A program made the position numbers and the translations under genes. From Patescibacteria group bacterium (lineage in GTDB: Bacteria > Patescibacteriota > Patescibacteriia > UM-FILTER-42-10): a stretch of DNA of 62,879 nt. Shown here piece by piece: positions 1 through 8,501 of this stretch. Every line of letters starts with the position of its first letter. The stretch's first letter is position 1. The notes beneath the pieces were generated by a model that worked only from the letters and a program-made list of their open reading frames with translations, searched no databases and was not told the DNA's origin. The stretch covers positions 1 through 62,879 of the forward strand of contig JBAYGC010000008.1 in NCBI GenBank assembly GCA_041666845.1, read 5' to 3'.

Positions 1-37
1 ATCGATAAACTTTATAAAATATAACTGATACAAAATA

Positions 38-385
38 ATGCCAAGAGTAAAAAGAGGAACCGCGCATGTAAAAAGGAGAAAAAACCTTTTAGCACGCACC
101 AAGGGTTACAAATGGGGACGCAAGAAAAAGATTAAGGAAGCTAAGACCGCGGTCTTGAAAGCCGGCGCTCATGCATTCCGTGACCGACGTGCAAAGAAAA
201 GAACCGCCCGCAGTGTCTGGCAGATCCGGATCAATGCCGCTGTCAGGGAAGAAGGATTAACCTATTCCAAATTCATGGACCTGCTGAAAAAATCCAAAGT
301 GGAAATTGACCGCAAAGTTCTTTCGGAACTGGCGCAAAAGAATCCGGAAGTCTTCAAAGCAATCGTCAAACTGGTACAGAAATAA
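38..385 (+). CDS. rplT: 50S ribosomal protein L20 (bL20)
   Basis: 115-aa ORF MPRVKRGTAHVKRRKNLLARTKGY...; the basic N-terminus, length and sequence pattern fit bL20. A hairpin terminator follows. Confidence 0.95.
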   Translation: MPRVKRGTAHVKRRKNLLARTKGYKWGRKKKIKEAKTAVLKAGAHAFRDRRAKKRTARSVWQIRINAAVREEGLTYSKFMDLLKKSKVEIDRKVLSELAQKNPEVFKAIVKLVQK

Positions 386-402
386 ATTAAGAAATCAAAA
401 AA

Positions 403-434
403 ACGTAGGTGCGAATCGCGATTCGCGCCTACGT
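403..434. terminator. Bidirectional hairpin terminator, also a member of the GTAGG-GCGAAT..ATTCGC-CCTAC palindrome family
   Basis: ACGTAGGTGCGAATCGCGATTCGCGCCTACGT forms a stem of about 14 bp with one G-T pair. An A-run precedes it and a T-run follows. It lies between convergent rplT and the VanZ-like gene. Confidence 0.7.
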
Positions 435-450
435 TTTTGTTTTATTCAAA

Positions 451-867
451 TTACCATCGTTTGCGGTCGTAGATAACAGTTCCGATTATAATCCCGATAA
501 AATCAATCCCGGCATCCCACAGCGAACCGCTTCTGCCCGGCACAAATAACTGATGTAATTCATCAGAAAATGCATACAGCAAAGACACTAGTACGCCGGC
601 GGTAATAATTTCAAGATATAACATATTCTGATGTTTGACTGTACCGGTTTTGAGGTCTCTTTTAATCTCGTCATTATTAAAAAACATCCGCAATAAAAAA
701 ATTGCCAACAATCCGTATTCCCCCATGTGAGCGATTTTTCTTAAAACCAGATCAAAAGTACTGGGCAGTCCGCTTTGTAAATCAGGAATTGATGAGAGAT
801 AAAAAATCACCCCCGCGAGCATTAGAGGCGGAAGATAATAGTTAATAAATGTTTTTGTTTTTGACAT
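451..867 (-). CDS. VanZ-like membrane protein
   Basis: Multi-TM ORF with the C-terminal motif FSDELHQLFVPGRSGSLWDAGIDFIGIIIG, typical of the VanZ-like family. The ORF-track start at 891 is TTG. The ATG at 867 lies 9 nt after a TATAAT box, so the mRNA is probably near-leaderless. Confidence 0.7.
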   Translation of the reverse strand: MSKTKTFINYYLPPLMLAGVIFYLSSIPDLQSGLPSTFDLVLRKIAHMGEYGLLAIFLLRMFFNNDEIKRDLKTGTVKHQNMLYLEIITAGVLVSLLYAFSDELHQLFVPGRSGSLWDAGIDFIGIIIGTVIYDRKRW

Positions 868-876
868 AATGATTTC

Positions 877-904
877 ATTATATGTTAACAAAATAATAAT
901 GCAA
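877..904 (-). promoter_or_regulatory. Sigma70-type promoter TTGCAT-16-TATAAT for the VanZ-like gene
   Basis: The minus strand reads cTTGCATtattattttgttaacaTATAATgaaatcattATG. Confidence 0.5.
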
Positions 905-944
905 GCATTTTAGCTAATAATAGCCAAATATTTCACCTTTGGTA

Positions 945-973
945 TTGACAAAATGCAGATTTAGGTATATACT
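945..973 (+). promoter_or_regulatory. Near-consensus promoter TTGACA-17-TATACT driving GC-rich cassette 1
   Basis: TTGACA is at 945-950, followed by a 17-nt spacer aaatgcagatttaggta and TATACT at 968-973. Confidence 0.6.
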
Positions 974-980
974 ACGCGGT

Positions 981-1235
981 TAACAATTGAATAGGTAGAG
1001 ACTCCTGCGTACCGCTCGCTTTGCGGCACTTCGGAGTCCGAGGGAGAGAGCTTTAGCAAAAATCGCCTTACGTTTGGATATTGCAACCTCAAATTATAGT
1101 ATGCAGACGTAAGGCCTTTTTCTTGGAATTACAACTCCAATCGCAAAAAAGAGAAAGCGCCTTTATTGTGAGAGAATGCGGTGGTCCTATTCCTGGATCG
1201 CCATTGACAACCGCCCCACTCGGGAGGAAAAGACG
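981..1235 (+). promoter_or_regulatory. Structured leader of about 255 nt with an internal terminator-like hairpin; candidate riboswitch, attenuator or sRNA
   Basis: A nested hairpin GACTCC..GTACCGC-TCGCTTT-GCGGCAC..GGAGTC lies at about 1001-1039. A 9-bp stem GCCTTACGT (1065-1073) pairs with ACGTAAGGC (1107-1115) and is followed by CTTTTTCTT. Confidence 0.35.
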
Positions 1236-2072
1236 ATGAAGTTCCGCACTCTGTTCATCCTGATGGCCGTCGTCCTGATGGCCAACATCGCGTTCGCTGC
1301 GACGGAGGTCACGCTGACCACGGCCCAGCAGGAGGAAGTCCTCAAGCTGCAGGCCGCCGGGCACCTCGCCCAGGCCGACAGCATGAAGACGGTCTTCACG
1401 GCCCAGGCCACGCTCGCTCTGCAGCAGGCCGCTGCCCGGGCCGAGCTCAGGAAGCTCGCGCTCAAGGCGAAGACCGACCGCGAGGCCGGATTCGCCAACG
1501 AGGTCGCGAAGCTCAGCTTCGAGGAATCGCTCAAGTGGGCCAACGACCCGAAGGGTGTTCGGGTGGAGCGCATCTCGTGGCTCAACGATCGTTGGGTCAA
1601 CCGGTTCGGCTTCACCGAGCCGGATTCCACCTCGTCACTGGACGAGGTGTATCTGCACCTGCAGCAGCAGGTTACCGAACGCCGCGACGCCGCCAAGCGC
1701 CGTGCCGAGATCGACGCCCGCGTCAGTGGCGCCGTCAATTCCCTGCAGAACAATCTGCAGAAGCAGATCGACGCCGGCGCCCGCGCTGACGTCCGGCTGG
1801 CCGAGTTCATCGGCAGGCAGGGCGACGAAATCGCCGAGTTGAAGGCTCAGGTCGCTGAGCTGAAGGAGTGGCAGCCCACCGTGGACTCCCGTCTGAGCAT
1901 CCTGCTCAACGAAGCCAACGCCGGCCGCGTGAACATCGCGGCCTGCATGAAGGCTCTCGAGTACGCGAAGTACAACCGCGAACCGAAAGCCGCAGATCAG
2001 GCGGCGAAGTTCGTGGCCAACGCCCAGGCCACCACCACGCCGGTGACGTTCCCCGCGAACGACACCGAGTAA
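1236..2072 (+). CDS. GC-rich orphan secreted Ala/Gln-rich coiled-coil protein (cassette 1)
   Basis: ATG at 1236 is preceded by GGGAGGAAAAGACG. The N-terminus MKFRTLFILMAVVLMANIAFA/ATE looks like a Sec signal with an AxA cleavage site. Codon third positions are GC-rich, with 43/60 GC at 1381-1440. The ORF-track start at 1176 is an upstream in-frame extension. I recognise no family. Confidence 0.65.
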   Translation: MKFRTLFILMAVVLMANIAFAATEVTLTTAQQEEVLKLQAAGHLAQADSMKTVFTAQATLALQQAAARAELRKLALKAKTDREAGFANEVAKLSFEESLKWANDPKGVRVERISWLNDRWVNRFGFTEPDSTSSLDEVYLHLQQQVTERRDAAKRRAEIDARVSGAVNSLQNNLQKQIDAGARADVRLAEFIGRQGDEIAELKAQVAELKEWQPTVDSRLSILLNEANAGRVNIAACMKALEYAKYNREPKAADQAAKFVANAQATTTPVTFPANDTE

Positions 2073-2091
2073 CTGCGAATCCGATTCGCAG
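2073..2091. repeat. GCGAAT..ATTCGC palindrome immediately after the cassette 1 stop codon
   Basis: CTGCGAATCCGATTCGCAG is a perfect 8-bp stem with a 3-nt loop. Confidence 0.6.
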
Positions 2092-2219
2092 AACCGTTCT
2101 TTCGTCGAGGATACCCTCGACCACCCCTCGTTCCCAAAAGGTTCCCATCTGTACCAAGCATTACGCCTTGGCAACTTACAGATGATCGGAGCCTTTTTTC
2201 TTTGCCAAAAAACAGCAGA

Positions 2220-2242
2220 CGCGAATATTTATTCGCGCCTAC
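2220..2242. repeat. REP-like palindrome with the 3' CCTAC flank
   Basis: CGCGAATATTTATTCGCGCCTAC shares the same core and 3' flank as the element at 403-434. Confidence 0.55.
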
Positions 2243-2268
2243 TCATTATTTTGGACTCTACCTTTTTA

Positions 2269-5200
2269 TTATGCTTTCAATTGTCCCAACCGTATATCAA
2301 TCACTTCAATAATCGCTTTATATCCTCTTGCAACAGACTCCAGATATTCAGGTGGCGCCTCTGCCGGTGGATTGTTTTGAATTCCCATAACAACTCCCTG
2401 TGCCCCTTCTTTCATATTTTCCAGAAGTGTTGTGTCATTCAAACTGGCAATATCATGCAGAGTGACACCTTCCAGACTTTTCAGGACATCGGGAGTAATA
2501 TTATCCATATTGGCCAGAATCCCGGTAAACAGGTTTTCTAATGCCGCCTTAATATCCATACCCGAGGCGGCAAATTGTCCATCGACAATCTCAGCTGGCT
2601 GCGGTGTTTGCTCAGTTGGTGACGCTTCAATAGGTTGAGTCTTTGGTACAGTATTTTCGGGTGTCACCGGAGGCACTTCAGTACTGTTAACAGCTGTTCC
2701 GGCATCTGGCGCTGGCGCGTTTACAGTGTCTTTAAGCACATCGCCAAATCTTGCTTCCAGTTGAGCAGTCGTGCTATGGATATGATCCTTTAAATACACT
2801 GCTTCGGGAGTATCCCCGTTTCCTGCCGCTTCCATCGTGCTTAATGAATGTTGCATTGCTTCCAATTGTCTCACGTTGTTTTCAAATACTACCTCATATG
2901 ATGCCATTGGAAGTTTTGTACCTTCTTCTGCATACTGCTGAGCAAGCATATCTCTGTATCCCTCATTCAGTGATGTAAGCGGGGACTTCATATCTTCAAT
3001 ATGCGGATGCACACCGATTATTTTTCCATCCGCTCCATAATCGAAACGGATTGCTGAACCATCGGGACTTTCAACGGCATGAATCGGTTCCACATTATCC
3101 GGAACTATTTTTGGAATTTCATTCTCCGCAGCAGCCAGTTCGGTCGGATTCAGATTCGGTGTTGCCAAAATTGCGGTTGTATTGTGCAGATCAAGATTCG
3201 CCTGTTCTGTAACCCTGCCCTCGATAATCTGCCGGACCGCTTCACCGATTTTTTGCGGGCCACCACTGGACGGATTAGTAATTTCTCCTTTTCTGATTGC
3301 GAGCTCAATTAGTTTTCGCAGTTTACCCCGATGACGTCCTTCCAGGTAATCCATTGTATTACCGGAATGGCCTTCAATATCTTTATTCAACAAATCTGCG
3401 ACTGATTTGTTCTTTAAAAATTCCCATTCCTGTTCACCCTGCCCGCCTTTGCCGAATCCTAATTTCTCAAGCATTTTTAGCTGGTCAGCCTTGGTCAGCT
3501 CCTGCACTCTTTGCAACCTCGCCGCTTCCGCCACAGCTTTTTCAGGATCTACCTCAGTTGTTTGCTCCGGCGTTGCTGGATTACTTACCACTTCTGGTTT
3601 ATTAGCTCCTTCGACATCACCGGAACCTCCGGTTACGCCGACACTAGAAGATTGAGCAGAACTTTTGGCATCATCCGAATCACCGAAGGAATCATCTTCC
3701 AACCTGTGTGCTTCAATCTTGCTGGCTTCTTCCATTAGTTTCGCGTGTGCGGCATCGCTGTTCATCGGCAATGGATCAAAATGTGTATCACCAATTCCGG
3801 TAATCATGCCGTGATCAATAGTTACCGTTTCACCGGCAAGATTGAAAGTTCCGGTATCCTGATCCGTCATGTGAATATCAGTGACATTCTCACCCAGACC
3901 GGTATGCGCGCCCGAATCATGCACCATCGCTTTGAATAAATGCCCTTCCGCCTGGTCAATCTGTGTGTGATCCAGGTGAACTTCGGCTCCTTCCGGTTTA
4001 GCCATGTCCGCCCATGTTTCATTCTTAATATCGTCCAAATAGGCCACCGCGCCGGTATTGCCGACATTTTCCGGAGTAATAATTTTTTCCGCATGCACAG
4101 TCAATTTATCCAAAACATCCCGATGAAACCCTTCGTAATCAGAAATTGTTATTTTACCGTCAACCACAGAAACATGGCGGGTAAAATCTTCCGCTGAGAC
4201 TCCCGCTACATTGTGTCCTTCGGAAAGGGCAGTCATATTGGCACCGACATTCAGAATTCTGGCACCCTCCACATTGGTAATTTCGTCACCGAGCTTCGCA
4301 TTTTCCATCGCTACTCTGTAGAATGCCTGCTCTAAATATTTTGGTGTGCCTTCTTTTCCTAAATCGAGTGTAAGTCCGACTTTGTCATGCGCAGTTTCAG
4401 CATGGAACCCGGCGTGATTCAGTGAAGCATGTTCCACTGGAAAACGCGCGGCCAGAACGGCATCATGGTTTACTAATCCCTTATCTTCCCAGGCAGCCAA
4501 AAGCTTGTCAGCATCGGCGCTTTTACTTCCGGCAAGTTCAGCAACAACTTTTTTCATTTCTTCCGGATTTACACCATCCTGCGAATTGATCCCGAGACTT
4601 GATTCTAAACTAGGCACCCTTGGTTCCGTTGCCAGTCCTGGAGTAGGTTGTTCCGTGCCAATCGGCGTGGTAACTTTCGGTTCAATATTTCCGCCATATT
4701 TGGGAATGCCAGTTTCAGTATTATTACCATGCACATCTAACTTTGACGCGTCAGGCAGACCAACTTTTATCGCATCTGGTGGAGTAGCTGTCGTCATTGT
4801 TTCGGCTGGATGTGCGCCAAATGTAGAAGTATAATCTTTCGGTTGTAGTACGCCGGAATGTTCTGTTTCTGGTTTAGTGATAAATGCCTTATCTTCCGGA
4901 GTGAGCACACCCTCCCCGCTAGTAGCGGTAACTCCGTGCGAAACCTGTGGTCCAGCTGTTCCTGCGGTATTAACATGATGCGCAACCGTCTCGTGCCCCA
5001 CTTCGGCAGCACCAGCTGTTGCGATACCTTTTGCTAAATCCTCATGTGGTACAGCGCCGGACGGGGAATAACCGCTATGCCCTTTATACAACCCCATGGT
5101 TGTACGACGCAGTGTTTCGTGCCAGTTTAATATCAATAAAAGTGCTCTGCCCGGATCACCGCCATGCGCCATTGATTCAATCGCTTTCTGAATTTCCTGA

Positions 5201-7599
5201 AATCTATCACCTGCATGTTCGATTGATTTACTGAAAGTCCCCGCTCCTTTTTCTGCAACTTCTGAAAAACCGGCTGCGGCAATCATTGCCGGCATTGCGG
5301 CTTTGGCCCAGGCACCAACTACACCTGCCGCTTTTTGCTTTCCTTTTAGCTCTTTCAATTTCCCCTGTCCGAACATTTCCAGCGCCATATCCCTAACGCC
5401 GTCTATAATCAGTTCTTTCGGAGTTACTCTTTCACCTTCTGTTTTCGTCGCTTTCAAATTCTTATATCTTTCACCCAGAGCAATAGCGCCTAGAGCACCC
5501 ATACGTACCGTAAAAGCGCCGGATACCACACTGATTCCGCCAACTGTTTCTTTGGCATAATCCATCCTCTTGGCCTTTTCACCGACATTCTGGTCAAGCT
5601 CACCGGTAATTTCCCCCAAGATTGTTCTTCTGAGACTTTCAAGTTTTTTTGTCCTTTTCACATCATGGTTCTCAATTTCCGTATCAATCTCACCCGTCAT
5701 CTCATTTTGGATTGCTGCCTCACCGGTAATCCATTTTTCCTCTAGCAATCCCAGTTTCTTTTCCAACGCTGTTCTTTTTTCCGGAGAGAGGTATTTAGAT
5801 TCCGCTATCTTACTTCTGATGGAATTGATTCTTTGCTGGATTCTGGTGTCTTCTGTCTCTGTTTCACCCAAATTTAATTCATTCAATCTGGTCTGGATTT
5901 TTGCTTTTTCCGCGGTATCTTTGGTTTTCTCCAGTCTTTTACGCAAATTACTTTCTTCAGTAACATCTTCCCTAATCCTGCGCACCTCGCCCATTCTGGC
6001 ATTTCTTTTTGCCCAGCGGTCCGCAAGACGTAAAGCTGTCTTAGCGCCGAAGAGATAAGAAACAAATTCCGCAGTTTTACCGGTTCCTAGCACAGCTTTC
6101 TCTATTACTCTTGCTTTGCTTTTTTCTTCCTGACTTACATACTCGCCTCGCCACATTCTGCCTAAGACAGATTTTCTTTCTTCCTGTTCTTTAGGAGGCT
6201 CTGTGTCCCCCTTCTTCCTTCTCCTGAGCCAACTCCACTTTCCCTTTGATTCTCCAACAGCATCATCCGCATCCTCTTCTGTAACATCCGGTGTCAAATC
6301 CGGAACACTCACATTCTCTTCTCCTAAGTTTTGTCTGATTAATGCCCCGAGTCTTGTTGAGTCGGCTTCAGTGAAAAAAGCACCGCCTTCCGGTTCATAA
6401 CCCTTCTGCAATAATGCCATTATTTCGGGATAGTTCGGGTTTTCTGTATCCAAATTTTTCAAAGATTCATGTTCCGCGAACACCATAACCGGACCATCAT
6501 CGGGATTTTCTTGTACAATTTTGGAATTAGCAATACGCATCTCCGAACCAAGCTGTTTGCTGGCAATCTGATCCTGAATTGTCACATCCGTCAATGGGTT
6601 ATCAGCCTTGCGTCTTTCATCCGAATTGTCATGTAGAAGCTTTGCATCTGCTAACTCCTCATATGTCCAAGACTCGCTCATTGCCAGCGGACTGGCAGTT
6701 AATCCCATCTGCTCCATTGCAGAATTAAACTTTTCTCTGATTTGAGTAACAATCGGTTCAAAATTTGGATCGTCTTTCATAGAATCCAAAGCATCAGCAT
6801 GCATATTTAACATTGCTACCTCTTCAGGAGAAATTCTAGAAATTTCCTCAGAACTTTTAGGAAAAGAATCAGAATACATCAGGAAACCCCTTGCGGTATC
6901 ACTTAATTTAACATTATTATTCTCAACATTTGTATCAGGAGTAGGAATAGCCCCAGCTGAAGAGTCCGCATCTGCAGGTGCTGGTACCGGGTTATCTTTC
7001 TTTCTTCGCAATAATCTGCTCCATCTGCTTCTTTTTGGATCATCACCGCCTGGCGGAGGAAGCTCTCCACTCATAGTCATCGTGCCGGCGCCGGGAATTG
7101 GACGTGGCGATTCCGGGGATTCGAAATAGCGCTCCCGATCCGTATGTTTTGGAAATCTATCATTAATCTCATTGTGCAGAATACCAATTCGCTCAACTGT
7201 TGCATCCCTGGCAAGCATAATCTTTTGGAGTGCTTGATCATTCATACGAGGATTGCGTGGCGCCTCCTGCATTAATAAATCGTACTTGCTTAAAAGCTGT
7301 CTGTATTCCGTATGTGTTCTCTGGAGTTGCGCAGTTTCCATTCTTTGCCAATCTCTACGAAGCAAATCAACAGCTTTTACACCTAGACCTGATAATTGAT
7401 CCAATTGCTGTGAGGGCATTTCACCTTTCTTAAAAAGCGCAAGACGATCATGATACTGCTTGCGATTCACGTCTGTGATTTTTTCATCTGCATCTAATGC
7501 ACCATCTAATTCTTCGAATGAGCGAGCATCTGAGATACTCAGGCGACGTCTATCATATTGCCTATGGTCATCTCTATTTCGAAATTGTGATTCTGGCAT
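2269..7599 (-). CDS. Orphan giant protein (about 1776 aa; 1807 aa if started at 7692), no recognisable domain
   Basis: One uninterrupted ORF. I see no signal peptide. It has long charged helical or coiled-coil stretches (KRLEKTKDTAEKAKIQTRLNEL), Gly/Ala-rich hydrophobic segments (GGISVVSGAFTVRMGALGAIALG, AAGVVGAWAKAAMPAMIAAAGF) and His/Thr/Gly-rich regions. The start at MPESQ (7599) avoids overlap with the upstream gene that ends at 7610. Confidence 0.8.
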   Translation of the reverse strand: MPESQFRNRDDHRQYDRRRLSISDARSFEELDGALDADEKITDVNRKQYHDRLALFKKGEMPSQQLDQLSGLGVKAVDLLRRDWQRMETAQLQRTHTEYRQLLSKYDLLMQEAPRNPRMNDQALQKIMLARDATVERIGILHNEINDRFPKHTDRERYFESPESPRPIPGAGTMTMSGELPPPGGDDPKRSRWSRLLRRKKDNPVPAPADADSSAGAIPTPDTNVENNNVKLSDTARGFLMYSDSFPKSSEEISRISPEEVAMLNMHADALDSMKDDPNFEPIVTQIREKFNSAMEQMGLTASPLAMSESWTYEELADAKLLHDNSDERRKADNPLTDVTIQDQIASKQLGSEMRIANSKIVQENPDDGPVMVFAEHESLKNLDTENPNYPEIMALLQKGYEPEGGAFFTEADSTRLGALIRQNLGEENVSVPDLTPDVTEEDADDAVGESKGKWSWLRRRKKGDTEPPKEQEERKSVLGRMWRGEYVSQEEKSKARVIEKAVLGTGKTAEFVSYLFGAKTALRLADRWAKRNARMGEVRRIREDVTEESNLRKRLEKTKDTAEKAKIQTRLNELNLGETETEDTRIQQRINSIRSKIAESKYLSPEKRTALEKKLGLLEEKWITGEAAIQNEMTGEIDTEIENHDVKRTKKLESLRRTILGEITGELDQNVGEKAKRMDYAKETVGGISVVSGAFTVRMGALGAIALGERYKNLKATKTEGERVTPKELIIDGVRDMALEMFGQGKLKELKGKQKAAGVVGAWAKAAMPAMIAAAGFSEVAEKGAGTFSKSIEHAGDRFQEIQKAIESMAHGGDPGRALLLILNWHETLRRTTMGLYKGHSGYSPSGAVPHEDLAKGIATAGAAEVGHETVAHHVNTAGTAGPQVSHGVTATSGEGVLTPEDKAFITKPETEHSGVLQPKDYTSTFGAHPAETMTTATPPDAIKVGLPDASKLDVHGNNTETGIPKYGGNIEPKVTTPIGTEQPTPGLATEPRVPSLESSLGINSQDGVNPEEMKKVVAELAGSKSADADKLLAAWEDKGLVNHDAVLAARFPVEHASLNHAGFHAETAHDKVGLTLDLGKEGTPKYLEQAFYRVAMENAKLGDEITNVEGARILNVGANMTALSEGHNVAGVSAEDFTRHVSVVDGKITISDYEGFHRDVLDKLTVHAEKIITPENVGNTGAVAYLDDIKNETWADMAKPEGAEVHLDHTQIDQAEGHLFKAMVHDSGAHTGLGENVTDIHMTDQDTGTFNLAGETVTIDHGMITGIGDTHFDPLPMNSDAAHAKLMEEASKIEAHRLEDDSFGDSDDAKSSAQSSSVGVTGGSGDVEGANKPEVVSNPATPEQTTEVDPEKAVAEAARLQRVQELTKADQLKMLEKLGFGKGGQGEQEWEFLKNKSVADLLNKDIEGHSGNTMDYLEGRHRGKLRKLIELAIRKGEITNPSSGGPQKIGEAVRQIIEGRVTEQANLDLHNTTAILATPNLNPTELAAAENEIPKIVPDNVEPIHAVESPDGSAIRFDYGADGKIIGVHPHIEDMKSPLTSLNEGYRDMLAQQYAEEGTKLPMASYEVVFENNVRQLEAMQHSLSTMEAAGNGDTPEAVYLKDHIHSTTAQLEARFGDVLKDTVNAPAPDAGTAVNSTEVPPVTPENTVPKTQPIEASPTEQTPQPAEIVDGQFAASGMDIKAALENLFTGILANMDNITPDVLKSLEGVTLHDIASLNDTTLLENMKEGAQGVVMGIQNNPPAEAPPEYLESVARGYKAIIEVIDIRLGQLKA

Positions 7600-7609
7600 T
7601 GTTTTTAAA

Positions 7610-7957
7610 TTAAATGTCTTGTATCTTTTTTTGAATTTGTTTGATCTGTTCCGCTCCTTCTTCTTCGATGATCTCATGCTCAAGTGCTTCAAACTCCTTT
7701 TCTGTCTGACCTTCCAATTCTGCTCTTTTTACATCATAACTTTGCTTCAAATCCATCAGAGCTGATTTTAGTTTTTCGGTATCTTCCTGACTACCTTTGG
7801 TAAATTTCTCAATTTGTAATAATATCTCTTCCAATTTATCGTCTTCAATGCGAACAATCATTTCAATCAGCAACAATCTTAAATCAGGATCAAGCGGTGC
7901 CCCCTTAATTAGTTCCGCGGCACGGACTAGTAATTTTGAATCGGGATTTGTCGGCAT
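7610..7957 (-). CDS. Small acidic helical protein, paralog of 7969-8295
   Basis: 115 aa. It shares LKQSYDVKRAEL / VKQKYDTKKDDL and EALEHEI / DLEKEI blocks with its neighbour and lies in the same operon as the giant ORF. Confidence 0.7.
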   Translation of the reverse strand: MPTNPDSKLLVRAAELIKGAPLDPDLRLLLIEMIVRIEDDKLEEILLQIEKFTKGSQEDTEKLKSALMDLKQSYDVKRAELEGQTEKEFEALEHEIIEEEGAEQIKQIQKKIQDI

Positions 7958-7968
7958 TATATGAATAG

Positions 7969-8295
7969 TTATTGATCAATTTCCTTCTCGAGATCATCTA
8001 AATCGCTCATTATCGAATTTGCCAGGTCATCTTTTTTGGTATCATATTTTTGCTTTACCATACCCAACTTTTCTTCAAGCACTTTATTCATTTCACCGCC
8101 CCGTGCTACATTGTCCGTTAAGACATCAACCAGTTCGTCTATCTGCTCCAATGTCATTTCCGGCAACAGCTGAATAATCGAAATCTGCACTTCTTCGGGC
8201 AGGTCGGATGATCTCAAGAGCAATACTAATTTTTTTCCTAATGCTCTCGCTTCTTCTTCGATACTTCCCTCTTTTTGCTGATTTGTATTGTTCAT
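7969..8295 (-). CDS. Small acidic helical protein, paralog of 7610-7957
   Basis: 108 aa, with DLPEEVQISIIQLLPEMTLEQIDELVDVL. It is the first gene of the three-gene minus-strand operon. Confidence 0.7.
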   Translation of the reverse strand: MNNTNQQKEGSIEEEARALGKKLVLLLRSSDLPEEVQISIIQLLPEMTLEQIDELVDVLTDNVARGGEMNKVLEEKLGMVKQKYDTKKDDLANSIMSDLDDLEKEIDQ

Positions 8296-8501
8296 ATTTT
8301 TTAAAATTATTTAAAAAAACGCCCCAACTCAAAATAGAGGGCCCTCGTAGATTTCTATCTTATTTAATAAAAATAGAATCATAGATTCATATTTAACTTA
8401 TGTTTATTTTTGTTTTACTTTTTCAGTATATCATATTATCTTGATTTTGGCAAGTGCATTTGCCTTAACTAACACTCTTTTTTGTGTTATAGTCCCACAG
8501 T

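Noticed and set aside
1-24. A possible 3' end of rpmI (L35) upstream of rplT; the frame ATC GAT AAA CTT TAT AAA ATA TAA reads IDKLYKI-stop.
   Set aside because: Only 7 codons are visible. The position is plausible by synteny, but the sequence is too short to support a call.
1089-2185. Seven overlapping ORFs in other frames and on the opposite strand of cassette 1: 1089-1364, 1187-1810, 1535-1789, 1555-1842, 1635-2174, 1868-2185 and 1906-2157.
   Set aside because: High GC depletes stop codons in all frames. Their products are Arg/Pro/Ala/Gly-rich low-complexity strings, and they lack ribosome-binding sites. Only the 1236-2072 frame has an SD, a signal peptide and sensible composition.
2073-2268. 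A diversity-generating retroelement acting on the C-terminus of the giant protein or other large surface proteins.
   Set aside because: There is no reverse transcriptase ORF anywhere in the window, and I could not see a template/variable repeat pair by eye. A computational repeat search would be needed to exclude it fully.
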